20,000 nt of DNA, taken from the IMG/VR virus record IMGVR_UViG_3300012665_000858; one strand, given 5' to 3'. A model generated the notes under the pieces. That model did not search any database, had not been told where the DNA came from, and saw only the letters and a program-made list of their open reading frames with translations. This document shows positions 1 through 7,759 of this stretch, piece by piece; position 1 is the first letter of the stretch; every line of letters starts with the position of its first letter. This DNA comes from an uncultured virus (IMG/VR IMGVR_UViG_3300012665_000858). Lineage: Duplodnaviria; Heunggongvirae; Uroviricota; Caudoviricetes. The position numbers and the translations under genes are program-made.

Positions 1-1
1 G

Positions 2-1132
2 ATACAAGAAAGTATTGACAGTTTAAAACTGAAACAAACTGCTTGGCAACGTTCTAAAGACTCTGATATTAGTAAAATTCAAAAAGCCATAGATGAACTT
101 GCAGGTGTAGACATTGATGCAGAAATTGCACAACACGACAAACTAAAAGTCTACGATGAATTGGCGGCTAAGATTAAAAGTCTTAACAAAGAAAAGGCCA
201 CATTAGAAACTGCGGTAATGCAGGCAGATAAAACTGTTAAAAAATATCAAAAAGAAGTATCACAGTTAGAGCATAATAAGTGTCCTGCTTGTGAACAGGA
301 TCTGCACGACCATAAACACGAAGAAATGATTAAAGCGGCAGAAAAAAACTTGGCCGATGCAGATACATACTTGTCCAAAGTAGCAGGAGACCTTGAGTTA
401 ATTTTAACTGAACTCGAGGGCATTGGCGATATTAATGGCCGTCCGAACACTTTCTACGATACACTAAATGAAGCCTATAACCATAGAAGCAATTTAGATA
501 GTCTTGCTGTACAATTAAAAAACAAACAAGATGAACGAGATACCTACCAAGAGCAGATTATTGAATTAGAACATACTGCACTTCAAGACGTGTCTTGGGA
601 TTCTGTTAACAGTTTAAATTTGATGAAAGAACATCAAGAGTTCTTGTTAAAACTGTTAACATCAAAAGATTCGTTTATTCGTAAGAAGATCATTGATCAG
701 AATCTTGCTTACTTGAATAACCGTCTCACTTATTACCTTGATAAGGTGGGTCTACCTCACACCGTTGTATTCCAAAATGACCTGACGGTAGAAATAACCC
801 AACTCGGACAAGATCTCGATTTCGATAACTTGAGCCGGGGAGAAAGGAATCGATTAATCTTAGGATTGTCGTGGGCGTTCCGTGATGTTTGGGAGTCATT
901 ATATCAAAACATCAATCTCTTATTCATTGATGAACTTATTGACAGCGGCATGGATGCTAATGGCGTTGAAAATTCTCTGGGCGTACTTAAAAAGATGGGC
1001 AGAGAACGCAATAAGAACATCTATCTAATCTCTCATAGGGATGAATTAGTGGGTCGAGTGAACAACGTGCTCAAGGTAATAAAAGAAAACGGGTTCACTA
1101 GTTACGCCAACGACATAGATATCTATGACTGA
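2..1132 (+). CDS. gp46: Recombination endonuclease ATPase subunit, T4 gp46/SbcC/Rad50-like (5'-truncated by the window)
   Basis: The frame is open from position 2 (IQESIDSLKLKQ...), so the TTG at 161 is not the true start. It shows a coiled coil with a CPAC zinc hook, ABC signature LSRGE, Walker B LLFIDE, D-loop IDSGMD and H-switch LISH. Confidence 0.9.
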   Translation: MQESIDSLKLKQTAWQRSKDSDISKIQKAIDELAGVDIDAEIAQHDKLKVYDELAAKIKSLNKEKATLETAVMQADKTVKKYQKEVSQLEHNKCPACEQDLHDHKHEEMIKAAEKNLADADTYLSKVAGDLELILTELEGIGDINGRPNTFYDTLNEAYNHRSNLDSLAVQLKNKQDERDTYQEQIIELEHTALQDVSWDSVNSLNLMKEHQEFLLKLLTSKDSFIRKKIIDQNLAYLNNRLTYYLDKVGLPHTVVFQNDLTVEITQLGQDLDFDNLSRGERNRLILGLSWAFRDVWESLYQNINLLFIDELIDSGMDANGVENSLGVLKKMGRERNKNIYLISHRDELVGRVNNVLKVIKENGFTSYANDIDIYD

Positions 1133-1352
1133 CGACATAAAAGACGATACACATGATATGCTGGTTAAAGCATTCATAGAGTATTCACGCTGGAACGAAC
1201 GTTTCGAACGTTACGGGTATCACGGTTCCAGTGTACAGGCTCGCGAGTTCCTACGAAACATAAGGGAACTATGCACAAAAAGGCGCATAGAAATACAGGC
1301 ACAACGACAATTAAACAAAAAAGCCAGGACGGAAGGCAGTGACGACGAGTAA
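1125..1352 (+). CDS. Hypothetical protein, 75 aa, predicted helical
   Basis: The ATG overlaps the gp46 stop by 8 nt (ATGACTGA), suggesting translational coupling. It fills the gap between two co-oriented genes. Confidence 0.7.
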   Translation: MTDDIKDDTHDMLVKAFIEYSRWNERFERYGYHGSSVQAREFLRNIRELCTKRRIEIQAQRQLNKKARTEGSDDE

Positions 1353-1356
1353 CTGG

Positions 1357-1362
1357 TATATA
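1357..1362 (+). promoter_or_regulatory. Late-promoter-like TATATA box, 5 nt before ATG 1368
   Basis: Same box-N5-ATG spacing as at 7498 and 7749; no Shine-Dalgarno is visible. Confidence 0.4.
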
Positions 1363-1367
1363 TGTGC

Positions 1368-1802
1368 ATGTCATGGCACTATCAAAATGTACTTGTCGAA
1401 ACTCTTCCGGAAGATTGTATAGGTTTTGTTTATATCATCACTAATACACTTACGGGCAGAAAATACATAGGCAAGAAACTAGCCAAATTCTCTAAAACGA
1501 CTACAAAAACAGTAAAGCTCAAAAACGGCACCAAGAAGAAAAAGAAGATTCGTAGTAAAATCGACAGCGACTGGCGAGAATATTACGGTTCAAGTCCTGC
1601 TCTTCAAGCAGACATCGACACACTAGGCATAGAAAACTTCCACAGAGAAATACTTTATTACTGTAAAAGTAAAGCAGAATGTAGTTACATCGAGGCTAGA
1701 GAACAATTCACAAACAAAGTACTAGAATCCGACGACTGGTACAACGGACATATTCAAGTTCGTGTACACGGTTCACATATTAAAAAACTCTCCCAAGGCT
1801 GA
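1368..1802 (+). CDS. Stand-alone GIY-YIG endonuclease (T4 EndoII/DenA- or Seg-like catalytic domain)
   Basis: GFVYIITNTLTGRKYIGKK (GIY...YIG), WREYYGSS, a conserved-type Glu helix (SYIEAREQ) and WYN. No C-terminal DNA-binding extension. ATG 1368 is preferred over 1362 on promoter spacing. Confidence 0.85.
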   Translation: MSWHYQNVLVETLPEDCIGFVYIITNTLTGRKYIGKKLAKFSKTTTKTVKLKNGTKKKKKIRSKIDSDWREYYGSSPALQADIDTLGIENFHREILYYCKSKAECSYIEAREQFTNKVLESDDWYNGHIQVRVHGSHIKKLSQG

Positions 1803-2180
1803 TTAAACGGTTACAGCTCGCGCAGGCCAACTTCATGCGCCCTAAACCTGGATCTCGGATCACAGGGATGGAATTCTCTTGCCGTTAAGAGTACTCAGCA
1901 ACTATCCTTAACAGGACGAGGATCACTAACTGCCGTGGTTTTGCTGTTTTAAGAATAAAAGGCCCAAAGAGAGGAGAGACACCTCACGTAAGCAAGTATG
2001 ATAGCGTATATTTGTTTGCCGCCGTTGTGATAAGACGGAGCTCGTGGTACCGGACAACCGCCACTGTAATGCTCTAACGCTGTGTGACATTGTGCAACTC
2101 AGATAATGTTTTTAACTTTGCCCTGTGCGGGCGAAGTGTGACTGAACAATCTAGATAATATTTAAAGTGCTTCGCACTTA
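1803..2180 (+). ncRNA. Putative large structured non-coding RNA of unknown class
   Basis: No ORF of 60 aa or more. About ten consecutive stems, several containing G-U pairs that work only on the + strand (1988-2000/2007-2019, 2115-2123/2129-2137, 1921-1926/1935-1940). The loop at 2001-2006 can pair with 2078-2083 to form a pseudoknot. Confidence 0.6.
2082..2163 (+). repeat. Imperfect direct repeat GTGTGAC-N5-7-AA(CTC/TCT)-AGATAAT(G/A)TTT, two copies
   Basis: 2082-2111 gtgtgacattgtgcaactcagataatgttt versus 2136-2163 gtgtgactgaacaatctagataatattt, flanking a 9-bp hairpin. Confidence 0.6.
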
Positions 2181-2250
2181 ATAGTTCTTAATAATTAAAA
2201 AGAAAGAAATAGTTCGAGCGAAGCGATGAACAGATGAACGCAGTGAATCT
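2165..2250. other. Cluster of three GNA-triloop mini-hairpins around an A/T-rich tract
   Basis: Minus strand AAGTGC-GAA-GCACTT (2165-2179). Plus strand GTTC-GA-GC-GAA-GC-GA-T-GAAC (2212-2231) and AGAT-GA-AC-GCA-GT-GA-ATCT (2232-2250). Confidence 0.6.
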
Positions 2251-2257
2251 TGAAGTA

Positions 2258-2494
2258 TTAGAAAAAAGGTAATCCTGATTTCTTAGTAGTTTCTAAATTC
2301 TCTTTGATAATGTTCGATATGATTTCACGATCTTCATAGGATAATGCAAATGCTTCATCTATGGTGATGCTACCTCTCATATACCAGCACAATTTAAATA
2401 ATTCGGTTTTAACAGACTTTGCTTCTTTATCTAGCCCCTCAACTACTCGTAGTGCCTCTTCGAGTGTTAGGCTGAAGAGCTTTACACGAAAAAA
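2258..2494 (-). CDS. Unannotated -1 frame ORF, probable frameshift extension of the gp26-like gene (gp51-/P2 gpE'-like tail assembly chaperone C-terminus)
   Basis: Reads FFRVKLFSLTLEEALRVVEGLDKEAKSVKTELFKLCWYMRGSITIDEAFALSYEDREIISNIIKENLETTKKSGLPFF*. The frame is open from 2521 but has no start codon before TTG 2392 or ATG 2380. It overlaps the upstream gene at TTTTTTC. Confidence 0.75.
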   Translation of the reverse strand, partial: FFRVKLFSLTLEEALRVVEGLDKEAKSVKTELFKLCWYMRGSITIDEAFALSYEDREIISNIIKENLETTKKSGLPFF

Positions 2495-3348
2495 TTCGAA
2501 GAGTCCAGTCCTATAGGAGTTTCAAACTCTGCTGGCGCACCTTGAGCTTGTTCTTCTTGGGTCGTTTGAATTTTAAATGATGGCATTTGGAACTTAATGC
2601 GTTGTTTTTCCAAGTGATCGATGATTTTGCTGTAAAACTCTTTGTCAGCATTATCTATAAACTCCTTGATGAACTCTGCATTATTAACTTCTCCATCAGG
2701 AGTAACAACTTTCACCAAGCCGTTGGCCACGGACCGCATAGTAATTTCAGTTAACGCCTTGAAACTTTTATTAAACTGTGCAATTTTTTGTTCTTCTGTG
2801 ATTTCTTGATTGTTAACAATGCTAAAAATTCGTTGTTCTTCCAAACTTTTTAAAGAACTTTGTGTGAATTCTTCATAGGTTAACGGACGTAAGAATGCAG
2901 TTAACTCGTCATTAATTTTTACTTCTGGGTCAAATGTTGCTTCTAGTAACTTATCCAGTGCAAATCGTAAATCGGTAGTGTATGTTTTTGTCTCAGGTAT
3001 ATTAGGAATAGCAATATCTAACTCTATTTGCTCACCGTATGTTGCTATACGAATAGCAATTAGTATAGCGTCTACATCGATACTAGGAATTACCCACGCA
3101 TTTTTAATATTAGGCATACAACTTTGAATAACATCCACGGTGCTCTGACCATTTAACAATGCGTCAGGAGTTTTAATAGAAATTTCATCTCTGGCAGTCA
3201 TTGCATATACTGGAAACTCCATATTCTGTGTAGGCTCTAATGCACCTGGTGGATAAAAGTTTCCAGAACTAGGCAACCGAACATATAGTTTTGGCTGTCT
3301 AAAGTACTTCTTTAACGGGTTTTGAGGTACTGCTACTTGATTTTCCAT
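2482..3348 (-). CDS. Baseplate hub/tail assembly protein, T4 gp26-like
   Basis: PKLYVRLPSSG, MTARDE...LLNG, IDVDAILIAIRIATYGE and a C-terminal xxFF resemble gp26-family proteins. GGAG SD and TATAAATA lie upstream, and the gene is adjacent to a tape-measure-like gene. Confidence 0.7.
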   Translation of the reverse strand: MENQVAVPQNPLKKYFRQPKLYVRLPSSGNFYPPGALEPTQNMEFPVYAMTARDEISIKTPDALLNGQSTVDVIQSCMPNIKNAWVIPSIDVDAILIAIRIATYGEQIELDIAIPNIPETKTYTTDLRFALDKLLEATFDPEVKINDELTAFLRPLTYEEFTQSSLKSLEEQRIFSIVNNQEITEEQKIAQFNKSFKALTEITMRSVANGLVKVVTPDGEVNNAEFIKEFIDNADKEFYSKIIDHLEKQRIKFQMPSFKIQTTQEEQAQGAPAEFETPIGLDSSNFFV

Positions 3349-3365
3349 GCGATTTTAACTCCAAC

Positions 3366-3371
3366 TAAATA
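3366..3371 (+). promoter_or_regulatory. T4-late-like promoter TAAATA for the tape-measure/portal operon
   Basis: cTAAATA in the intergenic gap; the same motif recurs at 7498, 8383, 12230, 14884 and 18342. Confidence 0.6.
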
Positions 3372-3390
3372 GTATACTGCTATATCATTA

Positions 3391-3398
3391 TATTTATA
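3391..3398 (-). promoter_or_regulatory. T4 late promoter consensus TATAAATA for the gp26-like gene
   Basis: Plus-strand tatttata reads TATAAATA on the minus strand, about 45 nt upstream of ATG 3348. Confidence 0.7.
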
Positions 3399-3423
3399 TG
3401 CGCAGTTTTTGATGGAAAAATAA

Positions 3424-5796
3424 ATGTCAGTAAAAGCCATGGTCCCCGGAGTGGGGACAATCATTGTAGAAAACGCTGCCGAAGATTCAACTCTTAGACA
3501 GATACTCGCGGCAATAAACAAAAGCGGAATACCCGCCGGAGGTAAGCCGGGTGCGGCTGCTGATGCTAGTGCGGCCAGCAGTGCTAAGGAACAAAATGAT
3601 CAGCAAATGAAACGTGGCACGGCGAGAGAAGAAGAACTTAAAGCCCGAATGAAGATTGCTGGAGATTCTGTTTCCCTTGGCGCAGATATGTTTGCTAGAA
3701 CTTTTTCGAATACTACACCCGCAATCAAAGATGGGCTAGGAGTTCTAGCGCAGATGCCTGGCGCAAATATCGCTGGTGTCAGTGATGTAATTCTGCAATT
3801 TGGCGGTACAGTAGCAGATCAAGTAGAAATATTTAGAACATTATCCAGTGTTGGTATCGACTTAGGTGATTCTTTACTACAAGCACAGTTATCAGCAGGT
3901 GAAGCAAGACTGCCATTGGAAATTTTTGGGAGAACTGTCAAAGATAATTCGCAAATGTTGTCCATGGCATTTGGTGGAGCAACCGCTGGAGCAACTAAAT
4001 TTGCTGAAACACAAGGTAAATTTATGGCACGTAGTGGCCAAACATTTGCAAAATTAGGTTTTAGCATGGATGAACTAGCAGGATATAATGCTAGTTACAT
4101 GGAACAGCAACAACGTGCAGGTCGTTTGTCCAGCATGAGCACAGATGAAATAGTTGCTGGCCAAGAACGATATAATATGGAATTAGATAAACTATCTAAG
4201 GCCACCGGGTTATCTAGACAACAATTAGACGAAGCCAACAAAGCAACACAACGTGATGCTAAAATGAAATTGGCATTAGGCAAGTTAGATACTGATCAAC
4301 AAGCGGCTGTAAATGCCAAGATTAAACAATTAGAACAACTAGATCCTACGGGTAAAATGGCCGCAGGCTTTAAAGATATTATTGCAGGCGGTGGTGTTGC
4401 TGTAACAGCAGAAGCAAGACAATTTGCACTAACAATGCAAAGCGCAGGTGTAGATGCCAGCAAAATGGGTCGAGATATCTTTAATGGAAGTAAAACCGCC
4501 ATCCAAGATATGAATTCAGGATTTGGACAAGCAGCCAAGGCCAGTCAGCAGATTACAGAAGGTGAACGCCGAACAGCAGCCGCTATGGGTGCCATGGGCC
4601 AGTATACTCCAATGCTGGGCAAAGCAGTGCTTCAAGGCATGGGCGATGTGGAGAAAGCGGCCAAAGCCGCAGAAGAAGAACAAAAGAAAAAGATAGGTTC
4701 GACAGATCCAACAAGAGCAGTTGCTGGATTAGACCAAACATTAACTAACGTACAAAATTCATTTAAGAAATCATTTATTGAAAGTGGTGTTTTAGATTTA
4801 ACAGCAAAAGGATTACAAACAGCCGCCACCGGTGCCGAAGCGGCCGCTAAGAAGTTTTCTGAACTTGACCCAGCCGCGAGAGTGCCAGTATTATTTGGTG
4901 CTGCCTTAGGTAAAACGATTGTAGAAGAAATGATCAAAGCAGGACTTGGTTCTGCTATTGGTGCAGCCGGCGCCAAGGCCGCAGGCATAGATCCAAAACG
5001 ATATGAAGAATTGAAAAAAGGCGGAGGAGAACTAAAGGGAGCGGAAACTAAAACTCCTACAGGTGAACCAGTTAAACCTGGATCGGCCGCCGGAGCCGCA
5101 GATGACGTGGCAAAAGCAAGTAAAATGGAAAAACTTATGTCTACGTTAAAGAATCCGTATGCGTGGGCCATTGCAACAACAGCAGGTTTAATCATTTACA
5201 GAGACGAAGTTATGGATTTCATAACTCCAGAATTTTTAAAGTCCAGCACACTTAAAAATGCCGCAGATGCACAAGCAGAAAAAAGTAATAACACAGTTCC
5301 GGGCGCAGAAATTCCAAAAGCAAATACAAATGCACCTAAAGGTCCTGAAACTCCAGGTGCTGATCCCGTGGGTAATATGAATCAAAGAGTCAACGACCTA
5401 AAAGCATCGTTACAGAATATAGACTATTCAAAATTAATGTTCCCAGATGCAGTCGGTGCAAGTATTGACGCCGGCAGTTTAAAGTTAAAAAACTTAACAG
5501 AATCGATCAATGTAACGACTTCATCTTTCAAAGATTTGAATAACGTGAGTTTGGAAAAACTCAACGACAGCATAACAAAATTAAGCGATGCCATGAACAA
5601 ACCAGCCGCTACTACTGGCGCTGAAAAAACTAAAGTTGGTGCTAAGAGCTCTGAAGAACTCTTGACAGAGATGGTATCCAAGTTAGATCAGTTAAATATG
5701 AGTATGGCCGTTGTGGCAGACGGACAGTCCAGTGCCGTAGATTATTTGAGCAAGACAGCCAAATACACTAGACAAACTTCAAATAATAGTGCATAA
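3424..5796 (+). CDS. Probable tail tape-measure protein (functional analogue of T4 gp29)
   Basis: 790 aa, rich in Ala/Gly/Gln/Lys and largely helical in pattern, with hydrophobic segments (VPVLFGAALG, YAWAIATTAGLIIY). It lies next to the tail chaperone-like frameshift gene. Confidence 0.6.
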   Translation: MSVKAMVPGVGTIIVENAAEDSTLRQILAAINKSGIPAGGKPGAAADASAASSAKEQNDQQMKRGTAREEELKARMKIAGDSVSLGADMFARTFSNTTPAIKDGLGVLAQMPGANIAGVSDVILQFGGTVADQVEIFRTLSSVGIDLGDSLLQAQLSAGEARLPLEIFGRTVKDNSQMLSMAFGGATAGATKFAETQGKFMARSGQTFAKLGFSMDELAGYNASYMEQQQRAGRLSSMSTDEIVAGQERYNMELDKLSKATGLSRQQLDEANKATQRDAKMKLALGKLDTDQQAAVNAKIKQLEQLDPTGKMAAGFKDIIAGGGVAVTAEARQFALTMQSAGVDASKMGRDIFNGSKTAIQDMNSGFGQAAKASQQITEGERRTAAAMGAMGQYTPMLGKAVLQGMGDVEKAAKAAEEEQKKKIGSTDPTRAVAGLDQTLTNVQNSFKKSFIESGVLDLTAKGLQTAATGAEAAAKKFSELDPAARVPVLFGAALGKTIVEEMIKAGLGSAIGAAGAKAAGIDPKRYEELKKGGGELKGAETKTPTGEPVKPGSAAGAADDVAKASKMEKLMSTLKNPYAWAIATTAGLIIYRDEVMDFITPEFLKSSTLKNAADAQAEKSNNTVPGAEIPKANTNAPKGPETPGADPVGNMNQRVNDLKASLQNIDYSKLMFPDAVGASIDAGSLKLKNLTESINVTTSSFKDLNNVSLEKLNDSITKLSDAMNKPAATTGAEKTKVGAKSSEELLTEMVSKLDQLNMSMAVVADGQSSAVDYLSKTAKYTRQTSNNSA

Positions 5797-5808
5797 TAGG
5801 AATTAATA

Positions 5809-7500
5809 ATGAGTTGGAAAAGACATTTCTCTCCAGTAACAACAGGCAACGTTAGCCCAATATCCGGTGCAGGCGGAAAAGCGGGCCCAGCTCGCTCCAA
5901 CTACAGTTCTTATCTTCCTGATGTTTATACTGGCAGTCCGAATCGTGTTGAACGCTATATGCAGTACGACACTATGGATTGGGACAGTGAAGTAAATGCC
6001 GCACTGGACATCTTAGCAGAGTTTTGCACACAGAAAAATAAAGAAAACGGCACACCGTTTACACTACAATTCAGAAATCGTGCTACAAATTCTGAAATTA
6101 AAATCTTAAAAGAGTATCTACAGCAGTGGACCAAGTTACAAAAACTTGACACACGTATGTTCCGTATTGCACGTAACTTATTCAAGTACGGCGACGGATT
6201 CTTTGTCCGCGATCCAGAAACACAGAAGTGGTTCTATGTTGATCCAGGCAAAGTTGTTAAAATTATTGTCAACGAAAGCGAAGGCAAGCAACCAGAGCAG
6301 TATGTTGTTCGCGACTTAAACATTAATTTGCAGGACTTGGTTGTAACACAGATTAATCCTAACTCATCAAATCAACAGCCTGGCGGAGCCGCATATACTC
6401 AAGGCGGTAGTGGTGCTCGAGGCATGACAGGATCATATCCTCAGCAGTCAGGTACACGTTTTAACAAGAGTCAAAACGAATTTGCCATTGATGCCAAGCA
6501 CGTAGTTCATTTAAGTTTAAGTGAAGGCTTGGATAACAATTATCCTTTTGGTAATAGTCTATTAGAATCTGTTTTTAAAGTTTACAAACAGAAAGAATTA
6601 CTAGAAGATGCTATCATTATCTATCGTATACAACGTGCTCCAGAGCGTAGAATTTTCTACATTGACGTGGGTAACATGCCGAGCCACTTGGCTATGAGCT
6701 TTGTTGAAAGAGTTAAAAATGAGATTCACCAAAGACGTATTCCTAGTAGCACAGGTGGCGGCAGTGCTATTGATAGCAGTTACAATCCGTTAAGCATTAA
6801 CGAAGATTACTTCTTCCCGCAGACAGCAGAAGGACGTGGATCTAAAGTAGAAACATTGCCAGGCGGTACTAACTTGGGCGAGATCGATGACTTAAAGTAC
6901 TTTACTAATAAGTTAATGCGAGCTCTGCGTATTCCAAGTAGTTACTTGCCTACAGGTGCAGATGACAGTCAAGCATCATTTAACGATGGGCGTGTGGGCA
7001 CAGCATACATTCAAGAATTGCGTTTTAACAAATACTGTGAACGATTACAGAACTTAATGGTTTCAACATTTGATACAGAATTTAAACTGTTCTTGTATAA
7101 CAAAGGTGTAAACATTGACTTCAGTTTGTTCGATATACGATTCCAAAGTCCACAAAACTTTGCCGCTTATCGTCAAGCAGAGCTAGATAACCAACGTATC
7201 AGTACATTTGCACAAGTTGTAGCACTGCCATTTATGAGCAAGCGTTTTAGTTTAAAACGTTTCTTAGGTATGACAGACGAAGACTTGGCAGAAAACGAAA
7301 AAATGTGGAAAGAAGAAAGCGGTATGGCCAAGTCAACAATGGATGCCGCTGGCGAATTACGTACCGCAGGTGTAAGTCCAACTGGTATTGCCGCAGATGC
7401 AGGAGCGATGTCAGGAGAAGCACCAGCGCCTGAAGGTATGACTCCTGAAGCAGGAGCAGAAGGTGCTCCAGAAGCCGCACCGGCAGCACCTCCAGCATAA
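5809..7500 (+). CDS. gp20: Portal vertex protein, T4 gp20 family
   Basis: LEDAIIIYRIQRAPERRIFYIDVGNMP, EDYFFP...GRGSKVETLPGG, YFTNKLMRALRIPSS and ELRFNKYCERLQ are hallmark gp20 motifs. Confidence 0.95.
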   Translation: MSWKRHFSPVTTGNVSPISGAGGKAGPARSNYSSYLPDVYTGSPNRVERYMQYDTMDWDSEVNAALDILAEFCTQKNKENGTPFTLQFRNRATNSEIKILKEYLQQWTKLQKLDTRMFRIARNLFKYGDGFFVRDPETQKWFYVDPGKVVKIIVNESEGKQPEQYVVRDLNINLQDLVVTQINPNSSNQQPGGAAYTQGGSGARGMTGSYPQQSGTRFNKSQNEFAIDAKHVVHLSLSEGLDNNYPFGNSLLESVFKVYKQKELLEDAIIIYRIQRAPERRIFYIDVGNMPSHLAMSFVERVKNEIHQRRIPSSTGGGSAIDSSYNPLSINEDYFFPQTAEGRGSKVETLPGGTNLGEIDDLKYFTNKLMRALRIPSSYLPTGADDSQASFNDGRVGTAYIQELRFNKYCERLQNLMVSTFDTEFKLFLYNKGVNIDFSLFDIRFQSPQNFAAYRQAELDNQRISTFAQVVALPFMSKRFSLKRFLGMTDEDLAENEKMWKEESGMAKSTMDAAGELRTAGVSPTGIAADAGAMSGEAPAPEGMTPEAGAEGAPEAAPAAPPA

Positions 7501-7503
7501 ATA
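7498..7503 (+). promoter_or_regulatory. Late promoter TAAATA overlapping the portal stop codon
   Basis: aTAAATA-atagt-ATG; there is no room for an SD. Confidence 0.55.
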
Positions 7504-7508
7504 ATAGT

Positions 7509-7748
7509 ATGATCCTACGCGAACTATTTTATTTTAATCGTGAAACTGCCGACTTCGAGCAGGACGACAAGTATATGGCAGACAGAGATACTGATGTCCT
7601 TAACGGTCTCGACGATACACGCAAAACTCGTTTGACGCTTGGTCAAATTAACGAGTTACGTAGAGCATCTGACCAACACGTCAAAGAAACTGAACTAGAG
7701 CTAGAGTTTATTGCTCGAATGTACGCGGCACCTCCACCGGCCGCTTGA
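7509..7748 (+). CDS. Hypothetical head-module protein, 79 aa
   Basis: The ORF fills the gap after the portal gene. It has an N-terminal LRE motif and a charged helical C-terminal half (KTRLTLGQINELRRA). Confidence 0.75.
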   Translation: MILRELFYFNRETADFEQDDKYMADRDTDVLNGLDDTRKTRLTLGQINELRRASDQHVKETELELEFIARMYAAPPPAA

Positions 7749-7759
7749 TAAATTAATAC

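Noticed and set aside
830..844. Non-canonical ABC signature LSRGE in gp46 as a sign of inactivation
   Set aside because: Signature variation is normal in this family (T4 gp46 itself deviates from LSGGQ), and the Walker B, D-loop and His switch are intact.
1803..2180. tRNA, tmRNA, RNase P RNA or CRISPR array
   Set aside because: No cloverleaf, T-loop or CCA end, no RNase P P4 consensus pair, and no regularly spaced identical repeats.
1368..2250. Group I intron carrying a GIY-YIG homing endonuclease
   Set aside because: No interrupted host gene flanks it (the downstream gene is convergent), and I could not find recognisable P7 (R/S) core sequences.
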